Made by a program: the position numbers and the translations under genes. From Candidatus Woesebacteria bacterium GW2011_GWB1_39_10 (lineage in GTDB: Bacteria; Patescibacteriota; Microgenomatia; UBA8517), in NCBI GenBank assembly GCA_000993205.1, contig LBVU01000001.1, forward strand, positions 8,155 to 72,154: a stretch of 64,000 bases of DNA. The letters are read 5' to 3'. Shown here one piece after another: positions 44,816 through 52,886 of the stretch. The notes below the pieces were generated by a model. That model was not told the origin of the DNA and ran no database searches. It saw only the letters and a list, made by a program, of their open reading frames with translations. The stretch's first letter is position 1, and the number at the start of each line of letters is the position of its first letter.

Positions 44816-45671
44816 CTATAAGGGTTTGTTTCTTTCCAGGTTCGGTTATTTGGGCAAGCTCCAGATATCTTTCAGTAGTAGAAAGACGCTTGTGTCCTGA
44901 AACCTGAGAAAGAAGGACAATATCCACTCCGGCTTTAAGATTTTCCACCATAAAAGTTGTTCTTAAATCGTTTACAGAATAACTTGGAAGTTCGGCCCTT
45001 TGCATGTATCTGGAAATTGAGGCCCTGATGTTTCTTACTGCCAGTGGTTTACCGTTTTTGCTGATAAAAACATAAGGGGAATCGGATTTAGGCCTAATTT
45101 TCATATAAGAATCAAGAACCTCTTGGGCCGGTTTGTTCAAAGGAGCTGTTCTTTCCGGTTGGGTGGCATAAGATTCAATTTTAAGAGATCCGTCTGTTGA
45201 ACGTTCAATCTTGAGATTTGCAACCTCAGAGATTCTAAGGCCGGTTTGTAGGATAAGTTCGACTATGGCCGCAATTCTGACATCGTTTCTTACTACGTCC
45301 CTGAGGGCCCTGTACTCAAGCTGTGAGAGGAATTTGGGTAAGGCATTGTCAATCTTAGGGTGGGCAACAGAGGAACTTGGGTCAAAGCTGATTGCGTTTT
45401 CTGTAATCATCCATCTAAAAAATGTCTTAACGGCGTTTAGCTTGCGGCTAACGGACTTGGGTGTGTATTTGTCGGCCAAAAGCTGGTCACGGAATGAATC
45501 CAAATCCTCTGGTTTTACCTGATCGGGGGTGGCTCTTTCCCTTTTTAACAAATAGCCGGTAAGTTGTTCAAGATCGCTTCTATATGCAAGAATAGTCGCA
45601 GGAGAGCGCCCTTTAACTTTGAGGGACTCTATAAATTTGGGAAGCAGATTTTTGATTGTATCTTGTGTCAT
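44808..45671 (-). CDS. tyrosine site-specific recombinase, XerC/XerD-like
   Basis: N-terminal core-binding segment (ILAYRSDL). Catalytic R..H-x-x-R..Y segment (GLRISE, HKRLSTTERYL). Confidence 0.75.
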   Translation of the reverse strand: MTQDTIKNLLPKFIESLKVKGRSPATILAYRSDLEQLTGYLLKRERATPDQVKPEDLDSFRDQLLADKYTPKSVSRKLNAVKTFFRWMITENAISFDPSSSVAHPKIDNALPKFLSQLEYRALRDVVRNDVRIAAIVELILQTGLRISEVANLKIERSTDGSLKIESYATQPERTAPLNKPAQEVLDSYMKIRPKSDSPYVFISKNGKPLAVRNIRASISRYMQRAELPSYSVNDLRTTFMVENLKAGVDIVLLSQVSGHKRLSTTERYLELAQITEPGKKQTLIEL

Positions 45672-45740
45672 ACTATATGCTTAGAGGCTAATTATACCTC
45701 ATATTTTGTGAATGTCAACATTACAGGATGTAATTTACCT

Positions 45741-46139
45741 ATGAAAAACGATTTTGTCAAGAGGCTAAAAGTTAAGTTTGATAAGCTTGGCGGGTACGTT
45801 ATTTGGATTTTGGTCGTGCTTTTGACCCTTTCTTTGGTTCAAAATATAGGTAAAGTTAAGAGGATTAGAGGGGAAATTGCTGCCGAAAAGGCGAAAATTG
45901 TAAAGATGAAAGCCGCCAATGAGATTCTTGCCAACCAAGTTGCCCAGGCTCAAAAACCCGAGTTTATAGATAAAGAGATTAGGAATAAGCTTGGACTGGT
46001 TAAGACGGGGGAAACAATAGTTGTTTTGCCCAATGAGGAGGTTTTAAGAAGTTTGGCGCCAAAACTAGAAACTGAGCAGGAAGCCCTGCCTGATCCTAAT
46101 TGGAAGAAATGGGTAAATCTATTCTTGCTCCAAAAATAA
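45741..46139 (+). CDS. FtsB/DivIC-like septum formation initiator (start chosen at the ATG 45741 rather than 45564, which overlaps the recombinase)
   Basis: N-terminal TM helix followed by a coiled coil (RIRGEIAAEKAKIVKMKAANEILANQV). Confidence 0.55.
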   Translation: MKNDFVKRLKVKFDKLGGYVIWILVVLLTLSLVQNIGKVKRIRGEIAAEKAKIVKMKAANEILANQVAQAQKPEFIDKEIRNKLGLVKTGETIVVLPNEEVLRSLAPKLETEQEALPDPNWKKWVNLFLLQK

Positions 46140-46502
46140 CCTCCCCAGATTCTTGGATGAATCCACGTTCAGACGAACCGTGTTTTTCTGTTTGTTGCGG
46201 GGTCAGGAGTTGCGCCTGACCTGAAAGATTATGAGCCTTTCGTGCACTGTACACTACCCCGCATGTATCTAACCTCGGAATTATAACATTTTGTTCGTGT
46301 AACTCCAAAACCAAAACCACGCTACCATAATTCGAGTTATAGTAGTATGAGGCAAGCTATTGGTCATTTGAGTGTGAAATGCTAAAATAGCCGTATGTCA
46401 GGGTAGCCCCGCCTGCATCCGCCAGCAACTGCGTAGCTGTGGGCGGAAGCATTGCGGGCAGGTCAGTGGTAGTAGCGGACGTTTCATGATACATATTTGG
46501 AG

Positions 46503-46540
46503 CCTGGGTAGCTCAGTTGGTTAGAGCGTGGCAATCATGA
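46503..46540 (+). other. orphan partial copy of the tRNA-Met 5' half (acceptor 5' strand + D-arm + anticodon stem 5' side)
   Basis: CTGGGTAGCTCAGTTGGTTAGAGCGTGGCAATCAT duplicates the start of the tRNA at 46550 with 2 mismatches. Confidence 0.6.
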
Positions 46541-46549
46541 AATAAATTT

Positions 46550-46626
46550 GACTGGGTAGCTCAGTTGGTTAGAGCACGGCAATCATAACGCCGGGGTCGA
46601 GAGTCCGAATCTCTCCCCAGTCACCA
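46550..46626 (+). tRNA. tRNA-Met (anticodon CAU), CCA encoded
   Basis: Manual fold. Acceptor GACTGGG/CCCAGTC. D-arm GCTC-AGTTGGTTA-GAGC. Anticodon loop ATCATAA. T-arm GAGAG-TCCGAAT-CTCTC. 3' end ACCA. One A-C mismatch at the base of the anticodon stem. Confidence 0.7.
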
Positions 46627-46638
46627 AATTTATTGCTA

Positions 46639-46700
46639 ACAGGAATTTCATTTCTGTTATAACGCTGAGGTCGAGGGTTCGAATCCCTCCCCTGGCACCA
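46639..46700 (+). other. tRNA 3'-half-like fragment (anticodon-loop remnant through T-arm, acceptor 3' strand and CCA), preceded by a 7-bp-stem hairpin
   Basis: TTATAACGCTGAGGTCGAGGGTTCGAATCCCTCCCCTGGCACCA. No matching 5' acceptor strand upstream. Confidence 0.5.
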
Positions 46701-46712
46701 AATGCGCAACAG

Positions 46713-46773
46713 ACAGGAGTCGGGCTCCTGTCATAAGCGTCAGGTCACAGGTTCGATCCCTGTTGCCGGCACA
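46713..46773 (+). other. second tRNA 3'-half-like fragment preceded by a hairpin
   Basis: ACAGGAGTCGGGCTCCTGT hairpin, then CATAAGCGTCAGGTCACAGGTTCGATCCCTGTTGCCGGCACA. T-arm present. No 5' half. Confidence 0.45.
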
Positions 46774-46948
46774 GGGAATATGGGAGAAAAATTTGTTTCC
46801 AGTGTCTTAGATTTACCACCTTCCTACGAGGAGGTAGTGGCCATACAGGGGGAGCGGTTCACTTCGAAAATTCGATGAACACTCACAGTGTTGTAGTTTC
46901 TCAGAAATATGTTGAGTGAGATGAATGTAAAGTTAGTGTTAGGTATTC

Positions 46949-47986
46949 GTGATAAACTTAGTCATGGATAATAAGCAAAGCTTGCTATCAGATAGTAAGA
47001 GAATTTTAACCGGTGATAGGCCCACAGGCAAAATGCATCTGGGGCATTATGTTGGGAGCTTGAAGAATAGAGTAAAGCTTCAGGATAGTTATGACCAATT
47101 TGTGATGATCGCAGATGTCCAAGCGCTAACCGACAACTTTGAAAATCCCGAAAAAGTCCGCGCGAGTATTCGCGAAGTCCTTCTTGATTATCTTGCGGTT
47201 GGAATTGATCCAACTAAAACCACAATTTTAATTCAATCTATGATACCGGAAATTGCGGAGCTTACAGTTTATTACCTCAATTTGGTTACTCTTGAGCGCG
47301 TTTTAAGAAATCCTACTGTTAAAGATGAAATAAAACAAAAAAGGTTTGAAAAATCTCTTCCCGCAGGTTTTGCAATGTATCCGGTTTCCCAAGCTGCCGA
47401 CATTACAATTTTCAATGCAGACCTTGTTCCAGTGGGAGAGGACCAGGTTCCCATGATCGAGCAAACGCGAGAGATCGTCCGCAAATTCAATTCATTATAT
47501 GGTGACGTTTTTGTAGAACCGGAAGCATTGGTGGGGGAAGTTAAACGCCTCCCAGGAATTGACGGAAATAGTAAAATGGGCAAAAGTTTGGGGAATGCAA
47601 TTTATCTAAGCGACAGCGAAGAAGAGTTGAAGAAAAAAGTAATGGGAATGTATACGGATCCTACCAGAATTCATGCCACAGACCCGGGCAAAGTTGAAGG
47701 AAACCCTGTTTTTATTTATCACGATGTTTTTAATCCCGATAAAGATGAGGTGGAAGACTTGAAAGATCGTTATCAAAAAGGGACTGTGGGGGACGTTGAA
47801 GTTAAAGAAAAATTATTTGTCGCTCTTAATGATTTTCTCAAACCGATTAGAGAGAGAAGAAAAGACTTTGAAAATAATTCGGAAGAATTAAACAAAATTC
47901 TTAAAGTGGGAACAGAAAAAGCGAGAAATGTTGCTAAAGAAACAATGCAAAAAGTAAGAAAAGCTATGAAGATCGATTATTTTTGA
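46949..47986 (+). CDS. trpS: tryptophanyl-tRNA synthetase
   Basis: HIGH-like [10 protein letters not shown] and KMGKS (KMSKS) motifs. 345 aa. Confidence 0.8.
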   Translation: MINLVMDNKQSLLSDSKRILTGDRPTGKMHLGHYVGSLKNRVKLQDSYDQFVMIADVQALTDNFENPEKVRASIREVLLDYLAVGIDPTKTTILIQSMIPEIAELTVYYLNLVTLERVLRNPTVKDEIKQKRFEKSLPAGFAMYPVSQAADITIFNADLVPVGEDQVPMIEQTREIVRKFNSLYGDVFVEPEALVGEVKRLPGIDGNSKMGKSLGNAIYLSDSEEELKKKVMGMYTDPTRIHATDPGKVEGNPVFIYHDVFNPDKDEVEDLKDRYQKGTVGDVEVKEKLFVALNDFLKPIRERRKDFENNSEELNKILKVGTEKARNVAKETMQKVRKAMKIDYF

Positions 47987-47987
47987 C

Positions 47988-48380
47988 ATGGACGAAATTT
48001 CATTCGATCAGTTTGAAGCAGTGGATATAAGAATCGGAACTGTTGTTAAAGCAGAAGTTCCTGAGTGGAGTCATTGGGTAATTAGGTTGGAAGTAGATTT
48101 TGGGCCCTCCTTCGCTGAAGCTACGGACGGCAAATCCACGAGGATTTGTTTTTCCGGTATCATGAAGTTCTTCAAACCCGAAGATCTTGTCGGCAAACAA
48201 TTTCCATTTGTAGTCAACTTAAAACCCCGGCCAATCGGTCCTGATAAAGAACTCTCCGAGGCGATGATGATTATGGCCTGTCCGGGGGACACCTCGGAAG
48301 ATAAGAAAGTTCAGGAAGAAACTCCTACAGTTTTGTTTAATCTTCAGGAAAAAGTTCCGGATGGGACAAAAGTAAGATAA
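47988..48380 (+). CDS. tRNA-binding domain protein (CsaA / Trbp111-like OB fold)
   Basis: VDIRIGTVV...VVNLKPRPI resembles the tRNA_bind (Myf) domain. Confidence 0.65.
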   Translation: MDEISFDQFEAVDIRIGTVVKAEVPEWSHWVIRLEVDFGPSFAEATDGKSTRICFSGIMKFFKPEDLVGKQFPFVVNLKPRPIGPDKELSEAMMIMACPGDTSEDKKVQEETPTVLFNLQEKVPDGTKVR

Positions 48381-48401
48381 TAGGATATAATTGACGTTCG
48401 A

Positions 48402-50264
48402 ATGGATCCGAAACAATTACTCAAAACCAAAAACCCAAGTGGAAAGAAGCAAGTCCAATTCAAGTTAAAAATCAATCTTTGGACGGTTGCTTTGGGCTTC
48501 CTTGTAATATTTTTTGTGATTCCTCTTGTTGTGACCGGAGTTCAAATGGCTGGTGGTGACAATAATGTAGAAATTTCCCAACTCCTAAACGATATCAAGT
48601 CGAATAAAGTGGATAAAGTCCAGATTCAGGCTAATAAGATGATTGTGACATACAAAGATGGAACTACGAAGTTGTCCACAAAAGAAGATTCAGAAGGGTT
48701 TAGCCAGCTTCTTAAAGATTCGGGGATTGACCCTACAAGCGTAAAATTTGCAGTTCTTGACCAATCTTTAACAAAAACTCTTGCAGATATAGCGGGAATT
48801 GTTTTACCTTTAATTCTTATGGCGGCCTTCTTCTACTATATTATGAGGGCTCAAAGCAAGGGCGCTCAGGATATTTTCTCCTTCGGTAGAAGCAGAGCAA
48901 AAATTTTTGCCAAAGGTAAACAAGATACAACTTTTAAAGATGTTGCCGGTGTCGATGAAGCCAAAAAAGAACTCGAAGAGCTTGTAGACTTTCTTAAATT
49001 CCCGTCAAAATATAGAAAGATGGGTGCTAGAACTCCCAAAGGAGCACTTCTTTTTGGCCCCGCCGGAGTTGGTAAAACTCTTTTGGCAAAGGCCGTGGCG
49101 GGAGAGGCAGGAGTTCCATTTTTCAGTATGGCCGGATCGGAATTTATGGAAATGCTGGTTGGCGTTGGGGCCTCCCGAGTGCGTGATCTTTTTGGCCAGG
49201 CAAAGGCAAGCGCTCCTTCAATAATTTTTATTGACGAAATTGACGCAATTGGAAGGTCTCGCGGCCGCGGAATGATGGGTGGACACGACGAGCGTGAACA
49301 AACACTAAATCAGATATTGGTCGAGATGGACGGGTTTACACCGAACGATAATGTTGTGGTTCTTGCTGCCACAAACCGCGGAGATCTTCTTGACCCGGCA
49401 CTTCTTAGACCCGGGAGGTTTGACAGACGGGTGGTATTGGATATGCCGGACAAAGAGGGACGACTTGCAATTCTTTTGATCCATGCAAAAGGTAAAAAAT
49501 TTGCAAAGAAAATCGATTGGGGCAGAGTTGCGGACAGAACTGTAGGATTTTCCGGAGCGGATTTAGAGAACATGCTCAACGAAGCTGCGATCGGGGCGGC
49601 CAGAAACGGTAAAGAGGAAATTACAATGGAGGATATTGAAGAGTCTGCTACAAAAGTAAAACTTGGACCGGCAAAAAAGAGGCTTCAAAGCGACGAAGAT
49701 AAAAAAATCACCGCATACCACGAAGCAGGACATGGAATCGTTACACGGTTTTTGAAAGGGATGGATCCGGTTCACCGAATCTCAATCGTTGCCCGGGGAA
49801 TGAGTTTGGGACACACATTAATTCCTCCGGCCGCGGATAGAACCCATGAAACGAAATCGAGACTCCTAAATCAAATTACAGCAATGCTAGGAGGTCGAGC
49901 CGCCGAGGAACTTATTTTTAATGAGATGACTTCTGGCGCGAGTAATGATATCGCTCAGGCAACCAAAATCGCTAGGGCAATGGTTGTTGAATTTGGAATG
50001 AGTGAGTTGGGACCAATGAATTTTGGAGACGATATGGGAATGGGGGACTTTGGTCAGATGGAATGGTATGAAGGTGCAAAAAACTCACCTGCGTTTTTGG
50101 AAAAAATAGATAATGAAGTCAAGAAAATACTTGATTTTTGTTACAAAGTCGCAGTAAAAATGGTTAAAGAAAAAAGAAAGATTTTGGATAAAGTTTCTGA
50201 GGCTTTAATGATTAAAGAAACACTTGATAGGGACGAGTTTGAAAAGATAGTTGGTGCGAAGTAG
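48402..50264 (+). CDS. ftsH: ATP-dependent zinc metalloprotease FtsH
   Basis: N-terminal TM helix. AAA Walker A GPAGVGKT. Second region of homology. HEAGHG zinc site. Confidence 0.85.
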   Translation: MDPKQLLKTKNPSGKKQVQFKLKINLWTVALGFLVIFFVIPLVVTGVQMAGGDNNVEISQLLNDIKSNKVDKVQIQANKMIVTYKDGTTKLSTKEDSEGFSQLLKDSGIDPTSVKFAVLDQSLTKTLADIAGIVLPLILMAAFFYYIMRAQSKGAQDIFSFGRSRAKIFAKGKQDTTFKDVAGVDEAKKELEELVDFLKFPSKYRKMGARTPKGALLFGPAGVGKTLLAKAVAGEAGVPFFSMAGSEFMEMLVGVGASRVRDLFGQAKASAPSIIFIDEIDAIGRSRGRGMMGGHDEREQTLNQILVEMDGFTPNDNVVVLAATNRGDLLDPALLRPGRFDRRVVLDMPDKEGRLAILLIHAKGKKFAKKIDWGRVADRTVGFSGADLENMLNEAAIGAARNGKEEITMEDIEESATKVKLGPAKKRLQSDEDKKITAYHEAGHGIVTRFLKGMDPVHRISIVARGMSLGHTLIPPAADRTHETKSRLLNQITAMLGGRAAEELIFNEMTSGASNDIAQATKIARAMVVEFGMSELGPMNFGDDMGMGDFGQMEWYEGAKNSPAFLEKIDNEVKKILDFCYKVAVKMVKEKRKILDKVSEALMIKETLDRDEFEKIVGAK

Positions 50265-50308
50265 TAATAAGCTTTATGCTTTATGCTATATGGTGGTAAA
50301 ATAGCTTC

Positions 50309-51244
50309 ATGTCTTCTAAATTGGTAATCATCGATGGGAATGCCATAATGCATCGGGCGTTTCATGCCATTCCCCCCTTGACCACCCCAAAAGGGGAACC
50401 TATAAACGCGGTTTACGGTCTTACCTCTATGCTTCTTAAGGTAATCGGAGAAATTAAACCGACACATTTTGCCGTGGCATTTGACAGAAAAGAGCCGACT
50501 TTTAGACAAAAAGAATTACCCACATACCAAGCCCAGCGTCCGCCAATGGCCAGTGAACTCTCTTGCCAGTTTGAAAAAGCCAGAGAATTCTTAACTGCAG
50601 CCGGAATTCCTGTTTATTCAAAAGCGGGGTTTGAAGCGGATGATGTGATTGGTACGCTTGCTGAGCAAGCGACCAAAAATCCGAAATCCGAAATCCGAAA
50701 TCCGAAATTTGACGGAGTTGTGATAGTGACCGGAGACAGAGATCAATTACAACTTATAGATGACAAACTTAATATAAAACTTTACATGCCGGTTGCAGGA
50801 ATATTGAATGCAAAGTTATATGGAGAGGTGGATACGATTGAGAGAATGGGGGTTCCACCAACTCAAATTGTTGACCTCAAGGCGCTGACGGGAGATACCT
50901 CCGATAATTATTTTGGAGTTCCTGGTATTGGGCCAAAAACAGCGATCAATCTGTTACAGTGTTCTAGAACAATAGAACAGATATATAAGGATTTGGACAA
51001 ATTGCCTGGTAAATTGAGAGAGAAACTTGAGAAAGGGAAGAAGTCGGCTGATCAATCTTATTTCTTGGCGACGATAGATCGAAATGTTCCAATAGATATT
51101 GATTTCGAAGGAATGGGAAAGTGGAACATCGCCGGACAAAACGTATTAAACTTATTTGAAGAATTCGGATTTAAAACACTGACTAAAAGAATTCAAGACG
51201 TCGGACGCAAAATTGAAGAGGAAAAACAAGGGTCATTATTCTGA
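50309..51244 (+). CDS. 5'-3' exonuclease (stand-alone Pol I N-terminal / FEN-like domain) with an in-frame heptamer-repeat insertion
   Basis: VIIDGNAIMHRAFHA...INAVYG. The KNPKSEIRNPKF segment is encoded by (AAATCCG)x4. Confidence 0.75.
   Translation: MSSKLVIIDGNAIMHRAFHAIPPLTTPKGEPINAVYGLTSMLLKVIGEIKPTHFAVAFDRKEPTFRQKELPTYQAQRPPMASELSCQFEKAREFLTAAGIPVYSKAGFEADDVIGTLAEQATKNPKSEIRNPKFDGVVIVTGDRDQLQLIDDKLNIKLYMPVAGILNAKLYGEVDTIERMGVPPTQIVDLKALTGDTSDNYFGVPGIGPKTAINLLQCSRTIEQIYKDLDKLPGKLREKLEKGKKSADQSYFLATIDRNVPIDIDFEGMGKWNIAGQNVLNLFEEFGFKTLTKRIQDVGRKIEEEKQGSLF
50677..50708 (+). repeat. tandem heptamer array (AAATCCG)x4 inside the 5'-3' exonuclease gene
   Basis: aaatccg aaatccg aaatccg aaatccg aaat. 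Confidence 0.85.
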
Positions 51245-51249
51245 CTAAA

Positions 51250-51285
51250 ATACTTCAATACTATATAGTATTGAAGTGATGTAAT
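51250..51285. repeat. 26-nt perfect palindrome ACTTCAATACTATATAGTATTGAAGT (terminator-like); partial copy at 11040-11070
   Basis: Read directly. Shares ACTATATAGTATTGAAGT with 11048-11068. Confidence 0.6.
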
Positions 51286-51289
51286 AGAA

Positions 51290-52435
51290 ATGAAGAAATT
51301 AAAAATTGCCATAGTACATGATTATTTAAAAGAATATGGTGGGGCGGAAAGGGTAGTGGAGGCCATGCTTGAAATTTGGCCCGATGCCCCAGTTTATACG
51401 ACGGTTTTTTTGCCGGAATTTTTAGGTCCGCATAGAACGCGTGTCGAGAAATGGGATATAAGAACTTCTTTTTTGCAAAAAATCCCATTTAACGCAAAGC
51501 TTATAAGTTTGTTTAGGTTTATAGCTCCGTTTGTATTCTCGACGATGGATTTAACAAAGTATGACGTTGTGGTAGTGTCATCTGCCGGCACGTACACAAG
51601 CCCAAATTTTATACGAATGAATAAAAAAAGTACTCTAGTGTGTTATTATCATACACCTCCTAGATATCTGTACGGCTATCCTGTTGCAAATGACTGGAGA
51701 AATAATATTTTCCGCAGGATGTTATTAGCACTGGGTCAGATCCCGATGTTCTTTCTAAGGATTCTTGACAAACGCGCTGCACAAATTCCAGACTACGTGT
51801 TAGCTAATTCAAAGGAGGTGGCAGGGAGGATTAGAAGGTTTTATAACAGAGAAGCTACAGTAATTTATCCACCTGTGGAGATACCCAAACTCGAAATCCG
51901 AAACTCGAAATCCGAAACTCGAAACTACTACCTAATTGGGAGCAGGGTATCACGCCACAAAGGACACGATATTGCAATAAAAGCTTTTACAAAATTAGGT
52001 TATAAACTAAATGTTTTTGGTGGAACTTTTGCTTCGTATGGTTTGGACCAATTTAAAAAAGATGCCGGTGCAAATATTAAATTTTTGGGCGAAGTGACGG
52101 AAGACGAAAAATTGGATTTAATGAAAAATGCAAAAGCTTTTATTTATCCATCAGAACATGAGGATTTTGGAATCGTCCCTGTAGAAACTATGGCAGCAGG
52201 GACTCCCGTAATCGCATTAGCCCAAGGCGGCCCGCTCGAAACTATTATTGACGGCAAGACTGGGGTGTTTTTTAAAGAAAGGACGATTGAAAGTTTGATT
52301 GCTGCTGTTAAAAAATCTGAGAAGATGAAATTTAAATCTGAAGACTGTGTCTCTCAAGCAAAAAAATTTAGCAAGGAAAGATTTAAACGCGAAATGCTAC
52401 AATTTGTTGACACCCATGCCCAAAACGAAAAATAG
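51290..52435 (+). CDS. glycosyltransferase family 4 with an in-frame heptamer-repeat insertion
   Basis: C-terminal GT-B motifs (EDFGIVPVETMAAGTPVI). The LEIRNSKSETRN segment is encoded by a GAAAYYC array. Confidence 0.7.
   Translation: MKKLKIAIVHDYLKEYGGAERVVEAMLEIWPDAPVYTTVFLPEFLGPHRTRVEKWDIRTSFLQKIPFNAKLISLFRFIAPFVFSTMDLTKYDVVVVSSAGTYTSPNFIRMNKKSTLVCYYHTPPRYLYGYPVANDWRNNIFRRMLLALGQIPMFFLRILDKRAAQIPDYVLANSKEVAGRIRRFYNREATVIYPPVEIPKLEIRNSKSETRNYYLIGSRVSRHKGHDIAIKAFTKLGYKLNVFGGTFASYGLDQFKKDAGANIKFLGEVTEDEKLDLMKNAKAFIYPSEHEDFGIVPVETMAAGTPVIALAQGGPLETIIDGKTGVFFKERTIESLIAAVKKSEKMKFKSEDCVSQAKKFSKERFKREMLQFVDTHAQNEK
51887..51926 (+). repeat. tandem heptamer array (CGAAATC / CGAAACT) x about 5.5 inside the GT4 gene
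   Basis: aaactcgaaatccgaaactcgaaatccgaaactcgaaact. Confidence 0.85.
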
Positions 52436-52880
52436 GCTTTTTAGGTTGGTACAACTCCAGGCAATTGCTTTCGTAGTAGTTTACTTTCTTATTTCCAACT
52501 TGTTTGTTGTTAAATTTATTACCAATCCAAATATTTATATTTCTTTTTTCTCTTCATTAATTTTTGGTTCTGTTTCTGTGTTTGCTTTCCTATATCTTTT
52601 TTCTCATCAGAATTTCCTTCCGTTTTTTAAGAACCTACAAGGCAGTCAAGACAAAAAGGAAAAAAAGTATTTAAAAAGTTATATAAAATATGGAAAATTT
52701 TTAGCTTGCATAATTGTAGGAATATTGGGTGGGCCGATATTTTTGGCTTTAACAATTAGATTCTTGTTCCCGCGATCAAAGAATAAATATTTGATAGGTT
52801 TTGTTTCTACTTTTGTATCTACAGTAATAGTAATATTTTTTGGAAAGAGTATTTTGGAGTTAATTAGATTTAAATTTTAA
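52416..52880 (+). CDS. small polytopic membrane protein (paralog of 57350-57778)
   Basis: Shares FLY(L/F)FSH...KYGKF...G(I/V)..GP(I/L)...RFL with the other copy. Confidence 0.4.
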   Translation: MPKTKNRLFRLVQLQAIAFVVVYFLISNLFVVKFITNPNIYISFFSSLIFGSVSVFAFLYLFSHQNFLPFFKNLQGSQDKKEKKYLKSYIKYGKFLACIIVGILGGPIFLALTIRFLFPRSKNKYLIGFVSTFVSTVIVIFFGKSILELIRFKF

Positions 52881-52886
52881 AAAACA

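Noticed and set aside
45564-45740. Upstream extension of the ftsB-like ORF (ATG at 45564)
   Set aside because: It overlaps the 5' end of the recombinase gene on the opposite strand by about 100 nt. The ATG at 45741 gives a canonical short cytoplasmic tail, a TM helix and a coiled coil.
46140-46500. Tried to identify the GC-rich structured region as RNase P RNA, SRP (4.5S) RNA or tmRNA
   Set aside because: None of the universally conserved cores was found on either strand: GGAAAGUCCGG / ACAGAACCCGGCUUA for RNase P; AGGUCAGG..GGAA..GGAAGCAGC in that order for SRP; 5' GGGG plus a tag reading frame plus 3' tRNA-like end for tmRNA. Left as an unclassified ncRNA candidate.
46639-46773. Treating the two tRNA 3'-half-like segments as complete tRNA genes
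   Set aside because: No 7-nt 5' acceptor strand complementary to CCCTGGC or TGCCGGC exists upstream, and no D-arm is present. They cannot form cloverleaves.
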